Positions 11,352 to 23,936 of a DNA stretch of 53,104 bases are shown in pieces. The stretch covers positions 1-53,104 of the forward strand of contig JAHBMJ010000248.1 in assembly GCA_018398765.1 (NCBI GenBank), in the 5' to 3' direction. The notes under the pieces are model-generated. The model had not been told where the DNA came from. It was given only the letters and a program-made list of their open reading frames with translations, and did no database searches. The position numbers and the translations under genes are program-made. The first letter of the stretch is position 1. Every line of letters begins with the position of its first letter. This DNA comes from Chromera velia. Taxonomy: Eukaryota.

Positions 11352-12162
11352 AGCTGTTTCGCTTGCTTACACAACATTAGGCGCGCGCCCGAGAGATCTA
11401 GCGGCCCCTACTATGCCGCATATATACTTAGATCCCTCATCGATAATCTCCCCCTCCCGTTCACCCCGAAAAACCAGTATGGAATAGTCCTTCGGACTCC
11501 TTCCCCAGTAAACTGAGTTCACTACCCGAGTAGTTGATCGGCTTTACAGCTAAGGTGACGGATTGGGGAAGCACTGTCTAAAGTGGTGGGAGGGTGAGTT
11601 CCGGTTTGTTTGACGGAACTGTCAGAACGGACTATGGTCTTTTCTCCTTCGTTTGACTCCTCTTCAACTACTCAACATATCTTTTCTGGTTTATGTATTT
11701 TTCTGAGCGCACGGCGAATAAAACCGCCACCACTATTTTTTCTCACCCGCGCGGGACGGATTTGACGTTCCCGGCTCGGCGTGTTGGTGCCGCAAAGGCC
11801 GCGCCGGGCCCGGAACTATATTTCCTGTCAGATCATGATTTCCGTCGTTTGAACACACGGCTTCGCTCCGCAAGCTAGGCTTCGCCGTCTATGCATGTAT
11901 GACCGGCCATCGACAACTAAAAATGTTGACATGCAGTTAATTGCATGGTTGAAAAATGATGTTGTGTGCAGGGCAGTGAGGACATCAATTCAGGGAATGG
12001 ATTAACATGTTGGACTCCTCTTCCGGTAGCTATATATTGATAGAGTCTCTGGGCTCCACTGTAAGTAGAAAAACTTGTCAACTTCAAGTCTTCTAGCTCA
12101 TTCGAAACGAAAAGTGACAGGAGAACTTAAGTGACTGACCTTTATTGTTAGAAACGTTCACA

Positions 12163-15100
12163 ATGGCGGCATCGGTACCGGTACCTGATCGACTGCAGTC
12201 CCTGCTCAGCGAGATACCTTCTAAATGGCATGAGACCAGCCGGCGGGCTCTCAGAATCGCAGAGAAATATGTAGAGACAGACGTCGCGGGGGGTCGTCAA
12301 GGGACTCGGCTTGTTGTTTGCAAAGCGGACGATTTCTTTGCCAAGATTAGGGAAGAGGATGGGCAGCGAATGACCCCGTTTGGTGGTGTAAGCGAAGAAA
12401 ATGTCCGAAAGCACCCAACAGACATCAAGGAAGACCGCGGATGTTGTGACCTGCAGGAACGAATGAATGACGATGGGGCGCTGATTATCGATGGCCCGAC
12501 TGGCAAATTTTGTGCTTCGGGCTTCCGCCTAGCGTACGGGGGGGCAGCTTCATCCATTGGGGGGGGGTTGGGCTCAGCTGCATCACAAGAGTGTGCGAGG
12601 AAAGCGGGCGCCTTCGTCATTCAAGTCTCTCCTGACGGTGCGATCAAGCTCTTTGCAGGAGGGGCCGCCCCGGTGCAATTAAAGCATGACACATCCCTTC
12701 TCCCACCCCAAATTCGCAAGAGGTACCCCGTCAGTCTGAAGCCATGCAGCAGGCGGGGAGGAGATGATTATTTCTTTGGCAGAGAGGCTCCGCTGGAGCA
12801 GTTGCTCCAGTGGGTTGGTGGGGATGGGCCCAAGGGTGAGGGTGGCGGGGGGTTGGGGCCCGTGGGGGAAAAAGGGACCGGGCGGGGTGGGTTACCGACC
12901 GAAGCTCCCACCCTTGAGCCATTCATCCTGATTTCAGGAATTGGAGGGGTTGGGAAAAGCCAGTTGGCTGCCGAGGTCCTTCACCGCTGTGAGATCCCCC
13001 GCACAAAGATATGGATAAACGCATCATCGCCCGAACGGCTGCAGAGAGAGTTGGCTGAATTATGGGAAGACTTCAGAGAGGCTGGAATTCCAGTCCGAAG
13101 CCGTAAAGAGCTACGCAGGTGGCTAGAGGGAAATAAAAAGTGGTTGATGGTGGTGGACAATCTCGAAGACCCAGAGCTTCTTTGGAATTTCGTCCCGAGA
13201 TCCCATAAGTGCTTAGTCATGATCACTACGCGTGACGATTCCTCTTCCATGTTCCCCCCTCCAAAGCTCTTGAAGCTCGACATTCTCGAGCGTCCCAGTG
13301 CCGAATCCCTTCTCCAGACACTAGGCCGTCAGAAAGACGAGGAGGGTTCTGCCCGCCTTGCAGAAGCTCTCGGTTGCCTGCCTTTAGCACTTGTGATGGC
13401 TTCATCCCTTGTCGCTGAGAAGAAAGGCCTTCTCAGTTTCAGTGTACTGGCTGATCGTGTGGCTGCCGAGTGAGATGAGGTTCAGGCGTTTTTGGAAGCA
13501 AGAGGGGAGATACAGAAGTGGACCCAGTACCAATACAGTGTCCTCAGTCTCTGGCGGCAGTAAAGAGAGTTCCTCTGCGAGAAGGGACTCGAGAGAGCTG
13601 CAGTGATGATGGAGTGTCTCTCGTTTGCAGACAACTTTGAGATCGCCTACGAGGTTTACAAAACGGTCGGTCAACTGTTTTAATGCCTATCATAGCCGGT
13701 CTTTCAGGAGTCTGAGTGAATGTTCTCAATACAAGCACTCCTCTCCATCGTTTCCCATTCCTCTCCATCATTCTGAATTTGGATGGAGAATACCTTGATA
13801 TTGTGAGATGACGCACATGCAGCTAGTATCAACACCATATGTGAATGCAGGTGTTCGAGACGTGCAAAGCCGAAGATCAAGGGTCAAAGGGGGAGGGCCC
13901 TCAGAGCGGAAGCTTCGACACCTGCTTCAACGCTCTGAAGGCACAGTCAGTCTGTACCCGCCTCGAGGACAAAAAACCTCTGCCAGGCATGACTCTTGGC
14001 ATGCCTGTCGAAGAGATGGAGGTCAAGGCGTGGTATTGAATTCATGAGCTGACGCAGTTGGCCGTGCGGACCGAGCTAGGCCGAGACAAAGAGGGGGATG
14101 AGGGAGGGATGTGGCAGAAACGGACTTTCAATATCATGGCCCATGCCCTGTTTTGGGGACGAAGAACGAAAAGATGGGAGCAGGAAGATATGTTGTGTCG
14201 CGTTCCCACTCCCTCAGGCCGCAATATGCACCAGGTCGAATTTCTCCACCGATAGACTCTAGCCACCGAGTCCTGTAAGCCTTGGTCATTGATTGAGAAT
14301 GAGGGGCTGCGTGCTCTGATGCTGCTCTGCCTCTGGTTTGAGCGGCTGGTGTTCCAGTCCCATTGGAGTGAGAGGATCCTTCGACCATGGCTCGCGCAAG
14401 AGATCGAGACAAAGTGGCCATACGTCCTAGTAAGAAAAGAAGGCTCTAGCTTTTCCTTGTTTGTATTTTCAAAGAGCTCCCTTCTCAGCGTCATCTATGA
14501 TGAGCGTGTCCATCTCGCAGCCGCAGTCTCGGTCGTAGTTCATATCCAGAGAAGCTTTTGCTGGAGAGACCCAGAGTGGCAGCTCAAACTTTTACCGGAA
14601 CTGTGCAAAAGGTATCTCGAGCTGAGGTGCCACAAATTTCTTCCACCTTCAAGCTTCGTCATGCTTATGAGGCCCTGGCTCAACTTCTTACCTGGAAATG
14701 TGAAATGCGTCGTGCGTGCGTCTTTCAGCAGGTACTTTCTTAGCGAGAACCGAGCAAGAGAGGCTCTTCTTTCCCTTCTTGCAATGTCCAGCTTTGCTTT
14801 GTCCTTTCCTCCTTTCAACGAAATGCTCCCCAAAACCCTCTCGATCTTTGAGGGCATTACAGACGCTGCCTGGGGCTCAGCAGTGGAAATTTCCTCAACT
14901 CCCGGTGTGTACGTGATGAAAGAGTTTCCACACGAGAAGGTTGATGGCCACTCGAGGGCCAGTCTGTTCACAACCCTCATTGGCAAAGCCCGCACTGAAA
15001 GGGCTCTTGGTCGCCGTGTGGCTGCGGCTGAGAGTCTGGGCATGGCAGCCACCCTGTTGCCTCCCGAGTTTGTGTCTCGCCTTCCGGTCTGCAATCCGAA

Positions 15101-16337
15101 GATTGACGCAGACGCCCTGTCCTCTCTGCCAGACGCTTGCCCGGACCTCTCTCCCGAGTCCCTCCCCCGTTCGTTCCCCGTCGAAGACCTGGTCGATTTC
15201 TTCGAAGCGAAGAGCGAGATGTAGGAAGAATTAGGGACAGAAAAGTCCCTGAGGATGGCCGAAGGGTACCTCAGCATTGCCTCCAAAATCAGCATGGCAA
15301 CAGTGGAAGCCAACATAGCCACAGAAGAGAGATTCGAAAAAGACCGCCGTCTCGTCTGGCTCCTTGATGTCCTTCTCTTGATGGAGAAGGGGGAGTATGA
15401 GATAGCTTGCGGAAGGCTCGAAGCTTTAGTAGTCGCTACGAAGACCGACGGAGATGGTTGGTCATTTCGAACCTGGCCCCTCGAGCCTTGGGAGTGGTCT
15501 GACCGTTTTGAACTCTTCGTGCTCCTAGTAGATCTCTAAATGACCAAGAGCCTTTCAAGCATAGGACTGCCAAAGCAACTGACATTTTCGACAGAGCCTG
15601 AGCGGCTCCTCCGGTCCCTCACCGGAATGATCGCTACCGGAACAAGGGATCGTTACACTGACCAAAAGATAGAAGCGCGATTTAATAAAGCAATGGAGGA
15701 TCCCGCGAACGGCCGGTTTGAGCTTTTTGAGTTCATTCTCTGGGATGCTGTTGGTTATTTCGTTTTCGAGCTCCTCGGTGAGCCCAAAAAAGACTTAAGC
15801 GAGGAAATCATTGACCTCCTCAACTTTGAGATGGCGTCTTTTCCCGACAGAGTCGCCGGGATAGCACAGAAATCCGACAGTCCAGAGGTTGCGCAGTGGA
15901 AGTTTCTTCATCCGCTCAACGCCGCTGTTTTCCAATGGCTCCTGCCTGCAGTGGGCCGTTTGTTTGAGGAGAGGGGCTCTGAAGACGATGTCAAGAATTT
16001 CTTGAAAAAAGTCAGGGAGGAGATAGAACTGGAGGAAGAAGGGAAAGAACAGTTGTTGGAGGTTTTGAAAGAGGAGAGAATCGAAGCTTGGGAAGAGATA
16101 AAGGAGGCATTGAAGCAGCGAATGGGATCCGGGAAGCAGAACACTTCTCTGCATAAGTTGTCTCCGAATTTCAAAGAAAACCACAAGCCCGTGGAAAACC
16201 CTCTGACTGAAGTACCGCTGGCAGCAATGAAGCTGAGCAATCTATTTTCTGACATCAACCCTGCATCAATCCTTTGCGAGGATCCGTTGGCAGTGAATCT
16301 GAACACAGACAGGTTCACTTCGGACGGTCCACGGTAA
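12163..16337 (+). pseudogene. NLR-like STAND gene: DisA_N/DAC-like domain + NB-ARC + winged helix + helical C-terminus; exons 12163..13665 and 13851..16337 (frame may run to 16562), with in-frame stops
   Basis: DAC-like: GTRLVV..DGALIIDG.TGKFCASGFRL..GGGLGSAAS..AFVIQVSPDGAIKLF. NB-ARC: FFGRE, Walker A GIGGVGKS (12937-12960), IWINAS, Walker B WLMVVDN, VMITTR, GCLPLAL. Then YSVLSLW..AAVMMECLSF and the MHD-like Y*IHELTQ. Stops at 13471, 13561, 14037, 14253, 15222, 15537, no frameshift. Intron 13666-13850 (GTCGGT..TGCAG), phase 0. Confidence 0.8.
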
Positions 16338-16981
16338 CTCATTACGTCGGCCAGGATTGACGCCTTTGCAACAGTAGCTCCAACGGATGCAATGCGAGTG
16401 ATCGCAACACCTCTGGTGGAGAAAGCTCGTTCTAGTCAATGACAAAGTCTGGCGGAGTCAGGCTTCAAGGTAGGCTTGACGTCGAGCTTGAAGGACGCAC
16501 CCCACAAGTTGGGCCACAACATCACCACTAGCATCACCACTGGCATCGATCACTTGAAATAAATTCAATCTATTAGTAATATAATAACAGTATAGTATAT
16601 GGTTCTTCTACTACCTTATGTAACATAATTTCTCCCATGCATGTTGACTGCTTAGTAATTTTAGGAACTAGTCTGCCCTCTTGGCTTATGTTCAGTCATG
16701 GCTTTCTAAGTGGATATACACAATGACCTGGAAGGTATGACATTGCATTTCGCCTTATCAATATTGTGTAATAATTGAAGGAACTTCAAAGTTGAAAATT
16801 AGAAAAAAACGTGACTATATAACTTAATTTAAAAGAAAATGTTTATTTTTTTTTTCGTTTGAAAGTTGAAACCTAAAAACCCTAACTAAAATGATACTTA
16901 GGTTTTCCATAAATGTCCGAAGAGACTCAAATTAATATGGTAATGACCAGGTAATCCTTGGACTGGCTTCTAAAATCACCT

Positions 16982-18088
16982 TGTTCTGTCGTACTCCCAA
17001 GGCACCGATTGGCCTAAGAAGTCACAGAATCGTTGAAAGACTTGTGTGCAAGACTAACTGGATTCTGTTGCATATAGAAGAGTAGAATAGAATGTTTCTT
17101 TCCTGTTTGATTGCTAGTAGTCAGTGCTAAGCTAGATTGGGAAGCTAGATAAGCTAAGAGGCTGATGATCAAGTTTAAGTGAGATTACAGATTTTATAAT
17201 CATGAATTACAAAATTTCTAATTTGGTCAAACGTTTAGAATTCTGAGTTGTATTCTTAAGTTTTTCGATCCAACACAATCCTTTGATTTTGTTTTTTTAA
17301 ATGGTTTTCGTCGATTTCTGAGATCTTTTCATAAAATTACATTTTCGTTGAATTACAAATATTTTATAATTCCTAATTTTTATAATTTGATACAGATTAC
17401 ACAATTTATAATTCAATCTGAGTTCCTGATTTACATAATCCGTAATTTCGAATTATACAATCTGTAATTCAGGTTAAATTCCGAAATTACACAATCTATA
17501 ATTCCGAATTATACAATCTGTAATTCGGCCCAAATTCCCCAAATTACACAATCCGTAATTCCAAATTACACAATCTGTAATTCGGCCAAAATTCCCAGAT
17601 TACACAATCCGTAATTCCGAATTACACAATCTGTAATTCGGCCTAAACTCCCAGATTACATAATCCATAATTTTGAATTACACAATCTGTAATTCGGCTT
17701 AAACTCCCAGATTACACAATCCGTAATTCCAAATTATACAATCTGTAATTCGGCCTAGACTCCCAGATTACACAATCCGTAATTTCAAATTACACAATCT
17801 GTAATTCGGCCTAGACTCCCAAATTGCATAATCCGTAATTCCGAATTACATACTCTGTAATTCGGCCTAGACTCACGCTTTTCCGGGCCCCTCGCATGCC
17901 TATTATTGCTACGTTCTTTCCGGGGCCCTGCAGGCCGAGGCCTCCGCCTTGCTAGCTCAGGAGTCTGCCATGCCTTAATACTTCCCTATCCTACTATTTC
18001 TCTTTACTTCTTTCTGCCTTTGCCATACCCTCCTTATTATCCATCTCTCCAATTACCCCATCCCCACGTCTCCTACTACAATACAATA
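16982..18088. repeat. LTR copy 1 (3' LTR if the element is on the minus strand)
   Basis: Colinear with 23952-24987; has ~70 extra bp near 17260-17335. Confidence 0.85.
17430..17873. repeat. 56-bp tandem array (~8 units) inside LTR 1, each unit with two AATTAC-N7-GTAATT inverted motifs
   Basis: CCCAG recurs ending at 17598, 17654, 17710, 17766. Confidence 0.9.
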
Positions 18089-19773
18089 TGTCCCCCCTAC
18101 TCAAGACGGCGTTGCACAGCCATTTATCTGAGGTCTACACTTCCTGTTGATGCTTTGAGCTTCAAGCCGTCTCCTCCGAAGATTTGCCGTCTTGTTCCTC
18201 CCCCTGTCGGGAATTGAAGACTCCTCCTTCAGGCAGTCGCCTTCCCTCCACACGCAGTCTTTCTCTTCCCCTTCCTGCTTGCCTGGCCGTGGATTAGTGT
18301 CTCGGAGAAAGGGTGAGTTTGCTTTCCTCGGCGTCTCCGGTTAGTATCCATCCATGGTACCTTGAACGGTATGCCGTCTCCTCTGATTCCTTAGCTCCTT
18401 GACTCCCCTTTCTACTTGCAGATGTCCATGTCGTTATCGTCCTTTCCCGAGAAGGCGAATGGAACTTCATGGCTCCTTTTCTCAAGCCTGAGACAGGTTT
18501 GTGTTCCACACTTCCTTCAGTACTCCCCATCTCTCCTCTTGGTATCCTTCAGTTGTTCCCTTCATGTCTCCACCTTGCATGACCTTCTTCCCCTTCATCT
18601 AAGATGACTTCCGACTACCCATTCTCCAATTGACTTCATTGCCTCCTCTTTTGCTTCTTGGCTTCCATTCACTCTGCGATGACTTATGCCCTCTCGCATC
18701 GAGTCCAGACATCTGAACCTTTCCCTCCGGTGCCTTTCTCTTTCCGTCTTCTATGACTTATCCTGTCCAACCCGTGGTGTTGTCTGCAGGCCTTTCATTT
18801 CTCTACAACATGTGGGCCCTTATACCTCTCCTAACATTTCCGTCTTTGTCCGATCCGGTCAGCCCAATCCCCTTTTCCAATTGACGTGCCTTCATTTTTC
18901 TTTTTTTTTTACCCATAGGTGTCGATACGTAATTCATCCATACTTCTGCAGTTGTTACGTCACCTCCTTCCCTTTTTGTTATTTGTATGTCGTTCCCCCC
19001 TACTTAAAACCTCACGCCATCTGTTATTCTGTCTCTAAGACTTCCTTCTGTTTCTTCCTATACTTGAAAGTCTTGCCGTTGGGACAGTTCCACGGGCATT
19101 TGAGGGCTTCTTTTTCCCATCCGTTCTCTTTCCTTACGCTGCTTACGCCCCCTCCTTATTTCCTAATATAGTTATTTAAGTTTCTTTTCCGGTTTCTGTT
19201 TTCCATCTTCTCTTCTTTGTTCTGTTCCTCCTCTTTCTGCTTTCCCCTCTTTCCTTCTTGTTCTTTTCTTCATATCAACCAGGGGTGGGCTGCTTGGGTG
19301 CTTGCTACTTATTCTGTTTCCAACACTCATGATTCCTCCGTTGACTTCACTTCTCCTTTGTTATGGGTATACTTTTATTGTCTGTTATGATTCCTTTTGC
19401 AGTCAGCTGTGGAAGAACAAGGAAAGGATCGCCACCTTTCACCCTTCGTTTGTCTCTGCAACTTGATGCCCGAGATTTGGGTTTTCCTCAATATGCCTTC
19501 AGTCAGTTAATCACCAGAAGCGAGTATTTTTAGTTGTTTTGTTTATCTTTCCCCTCTCCCTCGCGTTCACATTTTCCGCTGTTTATCCTTTCTCCAGAGA
19601 GTCCAACCTCAGTGAGGTCATCTCTCCTTAGGGGTTCCTTTGCCTTAATCATGCCTCGCCCTTCTTATTAAAACTCCTTTAGGAATTTTTTTGGCAGCCC
19701 TTCGGGCCTTTATTTCAAAAATTAATAAATTTATTTTTATTAATTTAAATTTGTCAAAAATTCAACAAAATTG

Positions 19774-22700
19774 CTAATGGATTTTCGTGCAGAATGTGAC
19801 CTCCTCTTTTGCCGTTTGCTATTTGGGGGAACACCGGGAAGCATTTATTAATTCGGTAAGTCGTTTGACCTTTGAAGGGCTAAAGTGCAATTAGAGAGAA
19901 TGCCTATTGCCGTTCTATTATAGTGTACTAATGCAATCGATTAAAATGCGGTACGATGATGATGATGACATGCACTAGATCATGCAGCTGACTTGAAAAA
20001 AAGTTCCTCCCATCTCTTTCTGTGTCCATCCTCTCCGTTTTTAAGTCAGACGTAGTCCTATAATCTACTTCCCAGATTCAATCGACAAACCTCTTTTATG
20101 TTTTCCAGATATGTGTGAAAACGAAGAAGAGTCCGACTGATTGCTCTTGTCCGTCCAGGTAAGAAACCGAAAGTTAGAAGTCATCACTCGTAACTTCAAC
20201 TTTCTCCTCTTGCCTTGGAGAGACGTACACGCATACATATAGAGCATAGTTGCCTCTCTTCCCGTTTTTCATGAACTTTCCTTCTCTTCTTTTTATGTGA
20301 AGTCTCCTCCCTTTTCTCCCTTTTACCTGTAATATTCATTCCCGTCAGTCTTTTTCAGTGCTTCTGTTTCGATTCTTCCCATTTTTTGCTTCCCACCTTC
20401 TCCTATCTATTTGATCAAAGCGCAGAACGTGGCATCGTTTAAAAAGCTCATTGAGAGAAAAGAAGAATGATCTGATAAAACGGGATGAGAAAAAAAAATG
20501 AGAAAGAAAGAAAGGGGGAAAGAGAAAGAGAGAGAGAAGGAAACAAGAAAAGATATTTCCGAATCGGTCCAAAGAGTCATGAAATGGGCTGCTCAAACTT
20601 GACTTTTCCCCCTATTCCTGCCCCCAATTTTCCCTCTTGTTGCCTCCCTCTTTTTACTCCTTTTAATCGTATACCTCTGGTCGCTTAACCTGTCTGCAGG
20701 TCAAATCTCGATTTTTCCTCTTTTTCTCCTTCTTCTCCCCATCCGAGTCCATCCCGTTTTTCTGTTTCCCCTAGTATTTCCCCTCCGTTCTCTTTCTTTC
20801 TCGTTTTATTTCTTCCCTCTATTTTCTTTTTTCTGTTTGTGAAAGTATCGCGCGCGTCGGTCCATATGATTCCCATGATATGCAACTTGAACATACTTCA
20901 CAATTATCGTCACCCATTAACATGTCATGCATTCACCATGTATTTGACCCATAAGATCCATGTACATACACAATCCTTTTTCCGAGGAAGTCTTTGTATT
21001 GTTCATTCCAGCCTGAGGCCCGTCACTGTCAGCTTTTCCCTGCCCCATTGATCCCCATTGCCCAGTGCACACTTGACTTAAAAGGAAACGAATAAGGAAA
21101 AAAAAAAAAATAAGCCCTAAGAAAGAAAGAAGAGAAAAGAAGACATGCAGGGAAAAGAGGAAGAGAGAGAGAAAGAGAGAGAGTCTCCGAGAGAGAAAGA
21201 GATCAATTTTTTTTTTTCTTCCAAGAGGGACAGCATCCGGGGGATGGTACCCGTTTTCAGGGGCGCCTCACACCACTCCCACCGGGGAGGTCCTAATCGA
21301 AAACGAGGACTACTGGTTCGTCTGGCAGAGGGTTGTCTGGCCAGCGGGCAGATTTCTGCAGGTACAGATCGATGCGTTGGCGTGTGCGTTGGCACAGTCT
21401 GAATAGGATTCTTTTTAAGACAGTGAACATTGTTAATAGCAGGCGCCTCAACCTGAACCTCAACCTCATCCTCCACTGCCTCCAGCCACAGCAGCAGATA
21501 TCAACACGATTATGGAGTTCACTGCTGAGATGATCGTCAAATCACTGCTTGCTGTCGCAGGAGGGAATGCGGCACTTGCAACTATATCTTCGATCCCTCC
21601 GTCCTCTATGGTTCCAACTGTCGAGAACCCTCCCTTTCCGATTGACCACCCCCAACTGACCGCTAATCTCCAGGAGGGGGCACCCCCTGAGAACTTCCAC
21701 CCTCAGCACTACAGCACCCTCGATATCCCTGTCTCCCTCGATACAGTGGAGGCATCGCTCGCCCTCGAACAAGAAATAGAAGACTCCCTGGCTGCAGATA
21801 CAGAAAGGGGGTCAAAAAGATCCGCTCAGCAAATGTAAAATTTGGGCACGGAAGTAAACTCTCAGCCAATCACACAGTCTGGGAGCGAGAAGGTGGCAGA
21901 GACAGATGTCATTGACAATGATGTCATGCACAGACCGCGGCAGCGTCAAGCGAGAGTCGATGACACTTTGCCAACTATTGAAGAGGAGGGGGTTAAGGAT
22001 TGGAAAACAAAAGAGGAGGTCGCGAGGAAGTATCATGCAGGGCAGAGACAGGCGCAGGACTCCCAGACTGTCCCGGGGCAGACAACAGCCATCCTTCTTC
22101 CACTTGAGATGCGGAGGACAGGTTTGAATCCTCTGTCGTAGAAATCTTCTGGAACTCCGGACCCAAATTATTTCGGCATCCCTCCGTTCTGCTCCCCTTC
22201 CGCCCAGCATGCACTTCCTGCAGCTCTGTGGAGATTTCTAACACTACCGGGATTCGGTTGCAATTTAGAGGGGCGGTGTGGGAGCACGGTTGCTCCTGGG
22301 CCGGGGTTTGATCTGATGGTTTCTCTGGTGAGGGGCTTCCCTCTATCTATCGGGGGACTGGGACACTGTTAGACGCCCAGAATATAAGACCCATGAAAAC
22401 AGGGCAACCACTCCCTCTGCTTAACCTTCTCCTGGGTACAACCAATGGCATCAGCCCTATCTTCTCGGATACCTCCATTGATGAAGAGACACAGACGAGG
22501 GAAGGGGCACAGCAGCAGACAGAAGGGGAGGGAATGGGTGTCATGAATGGAGAAGCCCCCAACAATCCCCTCCGGGCGGTTAGTACAGCCTCCAGCCTTT
22601 TTATGCCCCCGTCGGCTATTGCTGTCTGCTCAGCCATCCGTGCAGACACTTTTGGACCCGGCATGAATAGCACTACAGCAGCTTTGCCCTCCCCTCCCAA

Positions 22701-23205
22701 CAGATATGCAGAAATCAGGAGAAAACCTGATGGAGAGACGGTACGGGTCAGACAGAGTCTATGCACGGGGGCCTGTCCGGGGAGATACAGGGATGTACCC
22801 GTATTCCGACGTCTCTATACGGGGATGGTGGTAGCAGTAGTAGACACGGTAGAAGGAGTTATAGAGGAGGGAGAGCTGTTCTGTCCTCGATGCAGGGGAA
22901 GCAGGGGTGTATACAGAATCATTCAACTGGGGGAAACCATCACCCCTTAGGAAGGATAAAGGGCCCTCGGAATAGAAGGAAAAAGGAGGAAGGAAAAAAA
23001 AAGTGTGGGAAAGACAAAACTAGGGGGTGACAGGAGGTTCGGGGAAGACAGATAACTGATAGTTAAATACATATCACAGCTCTCTCTCTCTTGAAGGAAA
23101 GGAAGAGAAGGGGGGATGGGGGGCGCCCATGAAAACGGGTACCGTCCCCCGGATGCTGTCCCTCTTGGAAGAAAAAAAAAATTTGATATCTTTCTCTCTC
23201 GGAGA

Positions 23206-23237
<32 letters not shown>

Positions 23238-23936
23238 TTCTCTCTCTCTCTTCTTCTTTTCCCTGCATGTCTTCTTTGGTCTTCTTTTCTGCGCTCTGAT
23301 CAAATAGATAGGAGAAGGTGGGAAGCGAAAAATGGGAAGAATCGAAACAGAAGCATAGAAAAAGACTGACGGAAATGAATATTACAGGTAAAAAGGGGAA
23401 AAGGGAGGAGACTTCACACGAAAAGGAGAGAAGGAAAGTTCATGAAAAATGGGAAGAGAGGCAACTATGCTCCATATGTATGCGTGTACGTCTCTCCAAG
23501 GCAAGAGGAGAAAGTCGAAGTCATGAGTGATCACTAACTTTCAGTTTCTTACCTGGACGGACAGAAGCAATCAGTCGGACTCTTCTTCGTTTTTACACAT
23601 ATCTGGAAAACATAAAAGAGGTTTGTCAATTGAATCTGGGAAGTAGATCAGAGGACTACGTCTAACTCAAAAACGGAGAGGATAGATACAGAAAGAGATG
23701 GGAGGAAGTCAACTGCATGATCTAGTGCATGTCATCATCATCATTGTACCGCATTTTAATCGATTCTATTAGTATAATTTAGTATATTACGATAGAACGG
23801 CAATAGGCATTCTCTCTAATTGCACTTTAGCCCTTCAAAGGTCAAACGACTTACCGAATTAATAAATGCTTCCCGGTGTTCCCCCGAATAACAAACGGCA
23901 AAAGAGGAGGTCACATTCTGCACGAAAATCCATTAG
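19774..23936. repeat. Long inverted repeat (~0.8-kb arms): left arm 19774-20427 + 21125-21268 (split by ~0.7 kb extra DNA), right arm 23122-23936
   Basis: CTAATGGATTTTCGTGCAGAATGTGACC... versus ...GGTCACATTCTGCACGAAAATCCATTAG; CTTCCAAGAGGGACAGCATCCGGGG versus its reverse complement near 23145-23170. Confidence 0.9.
21443..22950 (+). pseudogene. Disrupted Pro/Ser/Thr-rich ORF between the inverted arms, ending in a possible Cys4 Zn-binding motif (CTGAC...CPRC)
   Basis: ORFs 21512-21838 and 21842-22141 share a frame split by TAA; 22393-22950 is in another frame. Confidence 0.35.

Noticed and set aside
10838..11401. Possible outer element with CTAGATCTCT inverted ends
   Set aside because: Only a 10-bp, partly self-palindromic match; the inner hAT MITE explains the GC-rich structure
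13845..16337. Five separate small genes downstream of the NB-ARC ORF
   Set aside because: All are in one frame and separated only by single stops; better explained as one disrupted exon
12163..16337. Alternative genetic code (stop reassignment)
   Set aside because: All three stop types occur, and neighbouring genes have long stop-free frames ending in standard stops
14540..16342. Antisense ORFs 14540-15322 and 15908-16342
   Set aside because: Shadows of the plus-strand coding frame with no independent motifs
17430..17873. CRISPR-like array
   Set aside because: Units are contiguous tandem copies with no unique spacers and no cas genes; eukaryotic context
18089..19770. gag/pol or chromodomain remnant
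   Set aside because: No convincing zinc knuckle, RT, RNase H, integrase or chromodomain motif in the parts translated by eye
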